A stretch of DNA of 64,000 nucleotides from Candidatus Latescibacterota bacterium (GTDB lineage: Bacteria > Latescibacterota > UBA2968 > UBA8231), in contig OZ242005.1 of the NCBI GenBank assembly GCA_965204725.1, positions 4,320,001 to 4,384,000 of the forward strand, read 5' to 3'. Both the position numbers and the translations under genes were made by a program. Numbering within the stretch: the first letter of the stretch is position 1; each line of letters starts with the position of its first letter. Of the stretch, positions 50,318-59,922 are shown piece after piece. The notes beneath the pieces are model-generated. The model ran no database searches. It was not told where the DNA came from and was given only the letters and a program-made list of their open reading frames with translations.

Positions 50318-51421
50318 ATGGGCACTTATATCCTCCGCCGCCTGCTGTTGATGGTGCCGACCATCTTAGGCATCATGACCATCAACTTCCTCATCATCCA
50401 AGCGGCACCGGGCGGCCCGGTCGAGCGCACTATCGCGGTGATTCAGGGCTTTGGGACCGACGCCACAGAGCGGGTCAGCGGCTCGGGCGCAGGAGAAACC
50501 CTCGACACCGACGCGGTTCAGGGCGGCGAGCTCCATAGCAAATACCGCGGGGCCCAAGGGCTCGACCCCGAATTGATCGCCGAACTCGAACGCATGTACG
50601 GTTTTGATAAGCCCGCGCACGAGCGCTTCTTGCAGATGATCGGCCAGTATGTGCGCTTTGAATTTGGCGAGAGCTTTTACCGCGACCAACGGGTCATTGA
50701 CCTAGTCAAAGAGAAGATGCCTGTTTCGATTTCGCTGGGGCTGTGGACCACGTTGCTGGTCTATTGTATCTCCATTCCCCTCGGGATCGCCAAGGCCGTG
50801 CGCGATGGCTCGCGGTTCGATGTCTGGACCTCGGGGCTGGTCATCGTCGGCTACGCGATCCCCAGCTTCCTCTTTGCTATCTTGCTAATCGTGGTCTTTG
50901 CCGGTGGACATTACCTCGACTGGTTTCCGCTGCGTGGACTGACCTCGTCTAATTGGGATGAACTGACCCCCTTCGCCAAGATCGCCGACTACTTCTGGCA
51001 CCTAGCTTTGCCGGTCGCGGCGATGGTCATCGGCGGCTTTGCCGGGCTGACCTTGCTGACCAAAAACTCCTTCCTAGACGAGATCAACAAGCTCTACGTC
51101 ATCACCGCCCGCGCCAAGGGTCTGAGCGAAAACCGGGTGCTCTACGGCCACGTTTTCCGCAACGCCATGCTGATCGTCATCGCCGGCTTCCCTAGTGCTT
51201 TTGTCGATATTTTTTTCACCGGCGCATTGTTGACGGAAATCATCTTCTCGTTGGACGGGTTGGGTTTGTTGGGCTACGAGGCGGCTATTGGCCGCGATTA
51301 CCCGGTGATGTTCGCCACGCTGTATTTCTTCACGTTGCTGGCTATGCTGATGCAGTTGGTGGGCGACCTGACCTACACGCTGGTTGACCGCCGCATCGAC
51401 TTTGAAAGCCGCGAGGCATGA
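50318..51421 (+). CDS. yejB: Peptide/microcin C ABC transporter permease
   Basis: [39 protein letters not shown]. Confidence 0.92.
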   Translation: MGTYILRRLLLMVPTILGIMTINFLIIQAAPGGPVERTIAVIQGFGTDATERVSGSGAGETLDTDAVQGGELHSKYRGAQGLDPELIAELERMYGFDKPAHERFLQMIGQYVRFEFGESFYRDQRVIDLVKEKMPVSISLGLWTTLLVYCISIPLGIAKAVRDGSRFDVWTSGLVIVGYAIPSFLFAILLIVVFAGGHYLDWFPLRGLTSSNWDELTPFAKIADYFWHLALPVAAMVIGGFAGLTLLTKNSFLDEINKLYVITARAKGLSENRVLYGHVFRNAMLIVIAGFPSAFVDIFFTGALLTEIIFSLDGLGLLGYEAAIGRDYPVMFATLYFFTLLAMLMQLVGDLTYTLVDRRIDFESREA

Positions 51422-52506
51422 GCGCTGTATCCGCCCCACCGTCTCCTCCGACGCGCTTTCTGGGCTTGCAGCTCTCTCGGCTCAACCAACGCCGGCTTGC
51501 CAATTTTCGCCGCAACCGCCGCGGCTTTTGGAGTTTCTGGATCTTCTGGGGACTCTTCGCCGTGAGCTTACCGGCTGAGTTCATCGCCAACGACCGCCCG
51601 CTGATCATTCGCTTTGACGGTAGCTATTACTTCCCGGTCTTGGCGACGTACCCCGAAACGACCTTTGGCGGCGATTTCGCGACCGAGGCCGAATACCGCG
51701 ACCCCTTCGTCGAGGAGCTGATCGAGGAAAAGGGCTGGATCGTGTGGCCGCCGGTGGCCTATAGCTACGACACGGTCAACTACGACCTCAAGCATCCGGC
51801 ACCTTCCCCACCCGACGCTGAAAACTGGCTCGGCACAGACGACCAAGCGCGCGACGTGGTGGCGCGCGTGATCTACGGCTACCGCATCTCAGTGCTCTTC
51901 GGCCTGCTGCTGACGCTCTTTAGTGCTGCGGTCGGCATTGCCGCTGGCGCGGTCCAAGGGTATTTCGGCGGCTGGATAGACCTTCTCTTCCAGCGCTTTA
52001 TCGAAATCTGGCAGGGCTTGCCGCTGCTGTACTTGCTGATCATCCTCGCCAGCGTCGTGGAGCCGAATTTCTGGTGGCTCCTCGGCTTGTTGCTGCTGTT
52101 TCGCTGGATGGGCTTGGTCGGGGTGGTGCGCGCCGAATTTTTGCGGGCACGCAACTTCGACTTCGTCAAAGCGGCCCGCGTGCTCGGCCAGAGCAACCGC
52201 CGCATCATCTGGCGGCACGTGCTGCCCAACGCCATGGTCTCTACCTTGACCTTTTTGCCCTTCGTGCTCACCGGCTCGGTCGCGGTGCTGACCTCGCTCG
52301 ACTTCCTCGGCTTTGGCCTGCCGCCCGGCTCGCCGTCGCTGGGCGAGCTGCTCAACCAAGGCAAGCGCAACCTCCAAGCACCGTGGCTGGGCTTTACGGC
52401 CTTTTTCGCGCTGGCGTTGATGCTCTCCCTCTTGGTCTTTATTGGCGAGGCGGTCCGCGACGCGTTCGACCCGCGCAAGACCTACGCGGGCGAGGGAGGC
52501 CGATGA
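51418..52506 (+). CDS. yejE: Peptide/microcin C ABC transporter permease
   Basis: [48 protein letters not shown]. Confidence 0.92.
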   Translation: MSAVSAPPSPPTRFLGLQLSRLNQRRLANFRRNRRGFWSFWIFWGLFAVSLPAEFIANDRPLIIRFDGSYYFPVLATYPETTFGGDFATEAEYRDPFVEELIEEKGWIVWPPVAYSYDTVNYDLKHPAPSPPDAENWLGTDDQARDVVARVIYGYRISVLFGLLLTLFSAAVGIAAGAVQGYFGGWIDLLFQRFIEIWQGLPLLYLLIILASVVEPNFWWLLGLLLLFRWMGLVGVVRAEFLRARNFDFVKAARVLGQSNRRIIWRHVLPNAMVSTLTFLPFVLTGSVAVLTSLDFLGFGLPPGSPSLGELLNQGKRNLQAPWLGFTAFFALALMLSLLVFIGEAVRDAFDPRKTYAGEGGR

Positions 52507-54119
52507 GCCTGCTGACAATCGAAAACTTGGGCGTGCGCTTCCACGTCGCCGGCGACAACGTCGAGGCCGTGCGCCGTGCTTCGCTGCACATCGAACGCGG
52601 CGAGACCGTGGCGCTGGTCGGCGAATCCGGCTCGGGCAAGTCCGCGACTGCGCTCTCAGTGCTGCAACTGTTGCCCTACCCGCTCGCCAGCCATCCTCAC
52701 GGCAGCGTCCGCCTCGATGGCGAGGAGCTGTTGGGGGCGGCCGCGGCGCGGTTGCAGGAGTTGCGCGGAAACCGCGTCGCGATGGTTTTTCAAGAACCGA
52801 TGACCTCGCTCAACCCGCTGCACTCCATTGAAAAGCAACTGTGCGAAACGCTCGTCCTGCATCGCGTTCTGAGCCGGGCGGAAGCGCACACCCGCGCTAT
52901 AGAGCTGCTAGAGCTCGTCGGGCTTTCCGACGCTGAGAAGCGTCTAGACGCTTGGCCGCACCAGCTTTCGGGCGGTCAGCGCCAGCGGGTGATGATCGCT
53001 ATGGCCTTGGCCAACGAGCCCGACCTGCTCATTGCCGACGAACCGACTACGGCCCTCGACGTGACAATTCAGGCCCAGATCCTCGCGCTACTCCAAGCCC
53101 TTCAGGCCCGTTTCGGCATGGCGATTTTGCTGATCACCCACGACCTCGGAATAGTCCGCCAGATGGCCGACCGCGTCTATGTGATGAGCAACGGCCAGAT
53201 CGTCGAGCACAACGCCACGGAGGCCCTCTTCACCGCCCCCCAGCACCCCTATACGCGCAAACTGCTAGCGGCCGAGCCGCAGGGTGATCCGCCCCCGATT
53301 GATGCGACCGCGCCCGCTATCGTCCACACCGAGAATATCAGGGTCCACTTCGCGATCAAGCGCGGCCTCCTGCGCCGCACTGTAGGACACGTCAAAGCCG
53401 TTGATGGCCTCTCATTGAGTGTGCGCGCCGGGCAGACGGTCGGCGTGGTCGGCGAATCGGGCTCGGGCAAGACGACGCTGGGGCAGGCCCTCTTGCGGTT
53501 GGTGCCCAGCGAAGGTTCCATCGCATTCGACGGTCGCGATATTCAAGGCTGGCACCAGAAGGAGATTCGCCCGTTGCGCCGGCAGATGCAGATCGTTTTC
53601 CAAGACCCGTTTGCCTCGCTAAGTCCGCGGCTTTCGGCGTTCCAAATCATCGAAGAGGGGCTGCTGGTCCACGCCATCGGCCCGACATACACCGAGCGGC
53701 GGCAACTCGTCGCCGATGCCATGGCCGAGGTGGGCTTAGACCCTGCGACGATGGATCGCTACCCGCACGAGTTTTCCGGCGGCCAGCGCCAGCGCGTCGC
53801 CATTGCCCGCGCCATGGTGCTCAAGCCGCGCTTCGTGGTCCTCGATGAGCCGACTAGTGCTTTGGACAAAACGGTACAGGCGCAGATCGTTGAGCTATTG
53901 CTCCAACTCCAGCAGCGCTACGGCTTGGCGTATCTGTTCATCAGCCACGACTTAAAGGTGGTCCGCGCCTTGGCCAGCGAGCTGATTGTGATGAAGGACG
54001 GCCGAGTGGTTGAGCAGGGACCGGCGCAACAGGTTTTCACCGCGCCGCAGGCGGCTTATACGCGGGCGCTGTTCGCAGCGGCTTTTGCCCTAGAGGCACT
54101 CGACGCAGCAGGGGAGTGA
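52503..54119 (+). CDS. yejF: Double-domain peptide ABC ATPase
   Basis: Two GESGSGK Walker A motifs; two SGGQRQR signatures; ATGA overlap with yejE. Confidence 0.9.
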   Translation: MSLLTIENLGVRFHVAGDNVEAVRRASLHIERGETVALVGESGSGKSATALSVLQLLPYPLASHPHGSVRLDGEELLGAAAARLQELRGNRVAMVFQEPMTSLNPLHSIEKQLCETLVLHRVLSRAEAHTRAIELLELVGLSDAEKRLDAWPHQLSGGQRQRVMIAMALANEPDLLIADEPTTALDVTIQAQILALLQALQARFGMAILLITHDLGIVRQMADRVYVMSNGQIVEHNATEALFTAPQHPYTRKLLAAEPQGDPPPIDATAPAIVHTENIRVHFAIKRGLLRRTVGHVKAVDGLSLSVRAGQTVGVVGESGSGKTTLGQALLRLVPSEGSIAFDGRDIQGWHQKEIRPLRRQMQIVFQDPFASLSPRLSAFQIIEEGLLVHAIGPTYTERRQLVADAMAEVGLDPATMDRYPHEFSGGQRQRVAIARAMVLKPRFVVLDEPTSALDKTVQAQIVELLLQLQQRYGLAYLFISHDLKVVRALASELIVMKDGRVVEQGPAQQVFTAPQAAYTRALFAAAFALEALDAAGE

Positions 54120-54166
54120 GTGGCGGCGCGTGGACACGACCCAGCAAGGCCCTTAAATTTGCCGCT

Positions 54167-54997
54167 ATGACTTCCGCACCTTGGCTCCCGGTCGAAGCCT
54201 CAATTGAGCAAATCCTCGCCCAGTACCCCGAGCCGCTGATGGCCTTAGCGCGTGGCGAGGTGCCGGCCTTTGTGCTGCGCCAGCACTACAACCCCGCCCA
54301 TTGCCGGGCGCTGATGCGGCGCTTCTATGAGCGCAGCCTGCTCTACGACCCCCACGAGGTCGGCGACGGCCAAGCGCGTCGCGTTGATATTGGCACTAGT
54401 TTTGGCCACCACCGCCGCGACCGCGACAAGTTCCACGCGCACTCCGCCGCGACGCTGGCGTTGTTCGAGACCCTCTTCGATGGCTATGACGATCCGGTCC
54501 GCACCCTGTACGACGCCCTCGCCCAGTTGGCGCCCGGCAAAGAGGTCCAGACCGCCCGCGAGCCGGACGGCCGTCTCTACGGCCCGGCCATCTTCCGCGT
54601 CTATCACCGGGAAACCGGCCACGGCCCGCACTACGACTCCGTCGCCAAGCGCACCCAAGCTTTCGAGTACCAGATTGCGCGGTTCAAATACCAGTTTGCT
54701 GGGGTCCTCTGCTTTCAGAATAGCACCAAGGAGGGCGGCACTGGTGAGCCATACCTGTACAACTGTCCCTTTCGCCCCGCACTCACCGAGCATCTAGGAC
54801 GCGAGCAATTCGCCGCCTACGTCGCCCGCGAGCGCATCGAGCGCGTCCAAGTCCAGCTCGAACCCGGCGACCTCTACTTTTTCTTCAGCGAAAACATCCA
54901 CGAGGTGCCCGCCATCGTCGGCGACCAGCCCCGGGCGGTGCTGGCCATCTTCTTCGCCATGTCTCCAGACGACGACGAGATCTACGTCTGGTCTTGA
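54167..54997 (+). CDS. Putative 2OG-Fe(II) oxygenase-fold protein
   Basis: HYD (HxD) ... LEPGDLYFF..ENIHEV ... R triad pattern. Confidence 0.65.
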   Translation: MTSAPWLPVEASIEQILAQYPEPLMALARGEVPAFVLRQHYNPAHCRALMRRFYERSLLYDPHEVGDGQARRVDIGTSFGHHRRDRDKFHAHSAATLALFETLFDGYDDPVRTLYDALAQLAPGKEVQTAREPDGRLYGPAIFRVYHRETGHGPHYDSVAKRTQAFEYQIARFKYQFAGVLCFQNSTKEGGTGEPYLYNCPFRPALTEHLGREQFAAYVARERIERVQVQLEPGDLYFFFSENIHEVPAIVGDQPRAVLAIFFAMSPDDDEIYVWS

Positions 54998-55031
54998 TGC
55001 CTGATCCGCTCTCCGCCTAAGTAGCGGTGTA

Positions 55032-55051
55032 GAATCCTTCCACCAAGACGG
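55032..55051 (+). repeat. Left copy of an imperfect 20-bp direct repeat (right copy 59061-59080)
   Basis: GAATCCTTCCACCAAGACGG vs GACTCCTTTCACCAAGACGG (18/20). Confidence 0.7.
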
Positions 55052-55107
55052 ATTTCCGACATACTCTGGGTATTCTCGGTAATCACCAGCCTCGTCCGTC
55101 CATTCCA

Positions 55108-56388
55108 ATGAACTTTTTTCGCAGCTTCTCGCTCAACACAACCTGCTCCTTCTTGGTATTTTCTCTGGGCTTTGTGAACTCGGTCTTACTGGCGGATCGG
55201 CTAGGGCCGGAGCACTATGGCACCCTAAAGCTATGGACTGCGCTCGTCATGCTAGGCGTTTTGTTCTTAGGGGAGTGGCTCAGCAAGGGGAATATCTACG
55301 TCGTGGGACGCGAGCGAGCGCGGGAGGACGCGATCAACCACACTTTGTTCTACTGCCTCGTCTTGGGGGCCTTCCTGCTGCTAACGGCCCCCTTTAGCTT
55401 GGCACTCGCAAAGGTCTTTATGCCCAGTATTACCTTAGTCCAGTGGGTCTTGGGCGTTTGCGTGATTGCGTTCACCGCGCTACAAAGGGCGGGTTTGGCC
55501 ATCTTGTTGGGCGAAGATCGGCTCAAGCCCTACGCACTGCTGCCCGTAGTCTTCATCACCATCTATCTCGGCGGCAATCTAGTCCTTTCCCAGCTAGGGT
55601 ATCTCGAATTGGAACGGGTGATGGGGGTGTGGGTAGGGGCGGTAGGGACCACGGCCTTGGCGGCTTTTGTCCCATTCTTGTACCGGGGATTCCGCTTTCG
55701 GTGGGGCGGGCGACACGTGCTCGGACAAATGCTTCGCATTGGTTCGCGTGGCGAGATCTGCTTAGTGCTCATCTTTTTGCTGATCAAAAGCGACCTCTTT
55801 TTGATAGAGCGCTTTTTAGGCGCGGAGGCGGTGGGCGTGTACGGGGTGGCGACGAACTTTACAGACATGATGCAGCGCGTCGCCAACATTGCCTCGGTCA
55901 TCCTGCTCGCCAAAATAGTGCGCGGGCAAGACGACACGCGGCTCTCTTTGAGCGTAGCCCAAGGTATCTTTGTCTTTTCCCTGCTTTCGGCGGTTGTTTT
56001 AATTTTCGGCGGACGCCTGCTTTTGAGCGTTTTCTTCCCCTTGTACCCTGATGCCTACGCGCCTCTTGTTTGGCTGCTGCCCGGCATGTTGTTTTTAGGT
56101 TGCGGGGCCGTGTTCAACGCCAAGCTAATGGGCGAGGGCTACCCCTCCATGACCCTGTGGGCACCGGGCATCGCTCTGGCGGCCAACGTGGCCCTGAACC
56201 TATTATTGATCCCCAAGCTGGGCCTGCGCGGTGCTGCCCTATCTACTTCGATTGCGTATGCGTTGTGGGGCGTACTGACGGTCTCTTATTACTTGCGTCT
56301 AAACCGGCTGGGCGGGCGAGCCGTCTTCACGCTGCCCTCTTTTGGGCAAGAGGAAACGCCGCCAGCGAAGAAGCTACCATCCGCATGA
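55108..56388 (+). CDS. Wzx-like oligosaccharide flippase
   Basis: RLGPEHYG, D.FLI..FLGAEAVGVY, NVALNLLLIPKLGLRGAALSTSIAY. Confidence 0.85.
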   Translation: MNFFRSFSLNTTCSFLVFSLGFVNSVLLADRLGPEHYGTLKLWTALVMLGVLFLGEWLSKGNIYVVGRERAREDAINHTLFYCLVLGAFLLLTAPFSLALAKVFMPSITLVQWVLGVCVIAFTALQRAGLAILLGEDRLKPYALLPVVFITIYLGGNLVLSQLGYLELERVMGVWVGAVGTTALAAFVPFLYRGFRFRWGGRHVLGQMLRIGSRGEICLVLIFLLIKSDLFLIERFLGAEAVGVYGVATNFTDMMQRVANIASVILLAKIVRGQDDTRLSLSVAQGIFVFSLLSAVVLIFGGRLLLSVFFPLYPDAYAPLVWLLPGMLFLGCGAVFNAKLMGEGYPSMTLWAPGIALAANVALNLLLIPKLGLRGAALSTSIAYALWGVLTVSYYLRLNRLGGRAVFTLPSFGQEETPPAKKLPSA

Positions 56389-56402
56389 AGGAGGTATAAT
56401 CT

Positions 56403-57224
56403 ATGAGAAGCGATTACAATAAACCCGAAGCACTTGAGTATATATTTAACCGGAAATACGACCCCGGCAACCCGCAACCGGAAATACCATTTACGCACGA
56501 CGACGTGAGAAGTGCGATTGTGGCGACAGGCGGTCAAGTTCCGTCAAACCTAAACAATTTTGTGAAAGACCTTACTCGGTCGGGAAATTCAGACGCGAGA
56601 AGCCTTGCTGCTAGGCAAGCAGGTTATTTTTTACGGGAGGCAGTTCACAGTGGTTCAATCGGTGTCTTTTTTAGAGATAGAGATAGCGGCCCTGCTAGAG
56701 GCGCAATTTCTATATCTTGTCCCGCAAGTTTAGTAGCCAAGCCCATTCACGTTGAGATTCCGCCTGATATACTTGACCTCCTGCGTCCCGATGAAGGCGG
56801 CTTGTTAGCCTCTATAGAATACGGATTCGTTCTCGATGATTTTTTTGCTGTCCCTAAAGGAACGGTACGGCGCGTTCAAGCTCCAGTAAAAGTGCAGCCC
56901 CATGAGTTAGATAGCTTTTTCATAATAAAAAAAGGAAATCGTCGTATTCCGATTCCCTGTGAAGCAAAATCCAAAGGAAACGATGTAATTACCCTAAATC
57001 AGATAGTAGGCATAGCTGCGGCAACCTTGCAACGGCTTATGGAAGATGACATGGATTTTATAATTCCACTGGGGATAAAGCTCGAGAGCAACGGGGACAT
57101 TTTTATTGCAGAATTTCCCGAGTGCAGATCAAGCGATCTATTGAAGCTAAACTCAAAACTCGTCGCCTCTTCCGTTGTAAGACAGGCCCGCTACACGCTG
57201 ATCCCCAAGCCGCCGAAGTGGTAA
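56403..57224 (+). CDS. Putative type II restriction endonuclease
   Basis: DEGGLLA, ELD...CEAK (PD-(D/E)xK-like); AGGAGG RBS; low GC; stop abuts the MTase stop. Confidence 0.65.
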   Translation: MRSDYNKPEALEYIFNRKYDPGNPQPEIPFTHDDVRSAIVATGGQVPSNLNNFVKDLTRSGNSDARSLAARQAGYFLREAVHSGSIGVFFRDRDSGPARGAISISCPASLVAKPIHVEIPPDILDLLRPDEGGLLASIEYGFVLDDFFAVPKGTVRRVQAPVKVQPHELDSFFIIKKGNRRIPIPCEAKSKGNDVITLNQIVGIAAATLQRLMEDDMDFIIPLGIKLESNGDIFIAEFPECRSSDLLKLNSKLVASSVVRQARYTLIPKPPKW

Positions 57225-58541
57225 CTAGCTATTCCACCGCAAGAGAACGACCTCTTCGCGTAAATGTTCTCGTGTCGCTGTAGAAAACCGCGTACGAAAT
57301 AAATCGATACCTGTTACCTCATAGCCGAGCCCTTCTGCTATATTAGCCAAAAGCTCTCCCGTCCGAATTAGAATTCTAAAAAAAGACGCTTGGTCGCCGA
57401 CTACATAAGCAAGTTGGGCTCCTGGTGCCAAAACCTGTTTTAACTCTTCTAGGTGACGCGCCATTCCTCCAAAATACAACCTTACTACGCGAGCATAGAG
57501 TTTCTCGAATCCCGACGTTTTTTTTAGTTCTATCCGACGCGCCTCTATCCGGTCTGCCAACTCTTGTATGCGTTCATTGTCTTTAACCCAGCATTCATCC
57601 GTATCTGCTTTATACACTCCCCTGCTATTAGACCGCAGCAAGTTTTGTTTTTGTCGTCGTAGATCGTCGCGGTTGTTTATGTAGCCAAGTAAAACAGCTT
57701 CAAGACGAGTCGTCCGCGTGTAATCCTTTTCATTGGGGTATGGTGGCGAGGTTATAACCGCGTCGAACATCAAAGGTTCTAAGCAGGGATCTATACTACG
57801 CGAATCTGTGAGTTTTACTAGCGATGGTACGGCTTTGTGGCTCTTGACTTGGGTACGGCACAAATCACTAGCCATGTCTTTTACGCCCTTTAACCAAGGT
57901 GCAATGACCGGGGCATCTTCTTTTGGCTTCCCGACCCCTACTTCTGGTCCAAAGCGTAAATTACTGATACTGTAAACTAACTGTTTGGCAAGTGCCAACC
58001 TTTCGTGTGCAATTAGGTGTTCATCTGATTTTTTATTTAGGTTATTTATGAGGGCGAGAGTTTTATGTAAGGGTTTGGGGCTTATGGAATTTTTGATAAG
58101 CAATGCTTCTAATTCAGGCTCTAACAGCGTTAGACCTACTTTTTTGCCGTTGGTACAGGGCTTAAAAAGAGGGTCATCTTCGACGTCTTCTTTTTTTAAC
58201 TGAACCTCTACTTCTTTAGCAACATTTTTGGCATGTCTAACAAGATCATCGGGTTCTATATCCCATAGAACCTTAGTTTGCGCGGCGAACTGTACCACGG
58301 GATTGGCCTCTAAACCAGTGCTTGGAATGCCATTCTTCTTGCACTCAACCAAAGTTGTTCCCGTGCCGCAGAATGGGTCTAGCACCCAGTGGCGTTTTGT
58401 CAGGCCAAATGTATCAATATAACGACGAACCAAGTGCGGCGGATAGGAAAGAACAAACCGATACCATTCGTGGATAGATAAATCCTCCGCGTAAATCCGA
58501 TTTAATTCCTCTCCAGCTTTAGCTTGTACTGCATATACCAT
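57225..58541 (-). CDS. N4-cytosine-type DNA methyltransferase
   Basis: HEWYRF, LDPFCGTGTT, ITSPPYPN, YVVGDQ; low GC. Confidence 0.9.
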   Translation of the reverse strand: MVYAVQAKAGEELNRIYAEDLSIHEWYRFVLSYPPHLVRRYIDTFGLTKRHWVLDPFCGTGTTLVECKKNGIPSTGLEANPVVQFAAQTKVLWDIEPDDLVRHAKNVAKEVEVQLKKEDVEDDPLFKPCTNGKKVGLTLLEPELEALLIKNSISPKPLHKTLALINNLNKKSDEHLIAHERLALAKQLVYSISNLRFGPEVGVGKPKEDAPVIAPWLKGVKDMASDLCRTQVKSHKAVPSLVKLTDSRSIDPCLEPLMFDAVITSPPYPNEKDYTRTTRLEAVLLGYINNRDDLRRQKQNLLRSNSRGVYKADTDECWVKDNERIQELADRIEARRIELKKTSGFEKLYARVVRLYFGGMARHLEELKQVLAPGAQLAYVVGDQASFFRILIRTGELLANIAEGLGYEVTGIDLFRTRFSTATREHLREEVVLLRWNS

Positions 58542-58572
58542 TTCTTTCTCTTTCTCAGCTTAGATGAGTAGC

Positions 58573-58824
58573 CTATTCTTCGACAGAAGACTCTATTGTC
58601 TCGCCGAGGCTGTAAACAGGGGATAATTCGCCAATCATATCGCTCATCTTCTGTCTGTCAGACGAGTTTTCCAACAACTGGCTAAAATCCGCTAAACTCA
58701 TTATGATTGCCTGCGATACATTGCGCCGTTTGACAACGTACCGAGTTCGATCTTGAACGACCGAGTCTATTATCTGACCAAAGTTATTTTGCGCTTTAGT
58801 CGATGTTATGACTTTTGTTTCCAT
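58573..58824 (-). CDS. Phd/YefM-family antitoxin-like DNA-binding protein (no cognate toxin gene)
   Basis: ITSTKAQNNFGQIIDSV....YVVKRR...AIIMSLADF pattern; AGGAGA RBS. Confidence 0.75.
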   Translation of the reverse strand: METKVITSTKAQNNFGQIIDSVVQDRTRYVVKRRNVSQAIIMSLADFSQLLENSSDRQKMSDMIGELSPVYSLGETIESSVEE

Positions 58825-58847
58825 GCGGGTGTATCTCCTAATTTATT

Positions 58848-58863
58848 CATATTAGCTAATATG
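58848..58863. promoter_or_regulatory. Perfect 16-bp palindrome, putative Phd operator
   Basis: CATATTAGCTAATATG is self-complementary and lies 24 bp upstream of the phd ATG; minus-strand TTGACA at 58899-58904. Confidence 0.65.
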
Positions 58864-59015
58864 GCTTTTATCCCTAAACTGAACGAAGAATATGCCTCTG
58901 TCAAGGCTTTAACGGACAAAATTCATCAAAGGCTCCTCGCAGCAGCAAGGAGTAGGTTGCGAGAGGCTGTACAGTTCGCTAGAATTCATTGACAAATTAA
59001 AGCAATGAGGTCGCC

Positions 59016-59834
59016 TTGAACTCACTATTTCGTCTTCTAGCTCCTTCGGCGGCCGACTTGGACTCCTTTCACCAAGACGGCTACATCTTCTACCCAGACG
59101 CACTCAAGGACGAGGCTCGGCGCAGCCTAACCAACGAAATCCTCGGCCTCGAATCGGTGCGTCGCTATCTCGACGCCTTGGGCGAAAAACCCGCCGCGCC
59201 CCAATCCTACTTCGTCCGCCCTTGGAACGACCGCGGCCCGTGCGGCGACCGCCTCATTGATGATCCCTTTGTCGCCGCGCTGCTGCAAGCCACCGTCGGC
59301 CCAAGCTACCACTTCTGCCACTCCGCCCTCAATCTCGCTCCACGCGGCATAGGCCCCATTCCCTACCACCAAGACCACCACCACTGGAAGCACGAAAACC
59401 CCCTCAACCTCGCCGAGCGCGACAAGTACTACATCCAAATTCTCTACTATCCCAATGGCTTCACACTCGGCGACCGCAACCTCAAGGTCATTCCCGGCAG
59501 CCACCGCATCGCCCCGACCCCAGAGGCCACGCCTGAGCGCATGCTGGCCGGGGAATACGACGCAGAGGCTGGACGCGAATTAAAAGAAGTGCGGCTCGCA
59601 GTGCCTCCGGGCAGCATGGTCTATATCAACGCCCGGATCTTTCACGCTGTCGAAGCCAAACCCGCAGACTCCCCCCAGCCCTATCGCATCTTCAACATCG
59701 ACATCTTCAAAGAAGCCGGGCCGCCGCATCGCTATACTCAGGATATTCCGCCCGAGTGGATTGCACGCGCCAGCCCTCAACGCAAAAAACTCTTTCTCCG
59801 CGAGCCTTATACCGAGGGATGCTGGGCGGCCTAA
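59016..59834 (+). CDS. Phytanoyl-CoA dioxygenase (PhyH) family protein
   Basis: FHQDGY, YHQDH, LKVIPGSH, PGS......IFH. Confidence 0.85.
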   Translation: MNSLFRLLAPSAADLDSFHQDGYIFYPDALKDEARRSLTNEILGLESVRRYLDALGEKPAAPQSYFVRPWNDRGPCGDRLIDDPFVAALLQATVGPSYHFCHSALNLAPRGIGPIPYHQDHHHWKHENPLNLAERDKYYIQILYYPNGFTLGDRNLKVIPGSHRIAPTPEATPERMLAGEYDAEAGRELKEVRLAVPPGSMVYINARIFHAVEAKPADSPQPYRIFNIDIFKEAGPPHRYTQDIPPEWIARASPQRKKLFLREPYTEGCWAA

Positions 59835-59922
59835 GTGCTTCGGCCCAACATCTCGATTCGAGACATTACAATACCACACCACGCACAGGAGCAAGTGCCG
59901 TCTTTGTTATAGGAGCTTTACC

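Noticed and set aside
52074-52502. Long N-terminal extensions in the ORF track (yejF, sulfatase 13819, rnd, Gfo 1829, ogt)
   Set aside because: They overlap neighbouring genes; better starts with RBS or stop/start coupling lie downstream
48475-54119. yejABEF plus oxygenase as a microcin/RiPP biosynthetic cluster
   Set aside because: Yej is a common peptide importer; no precursor peptide or maturation enzymes are seen
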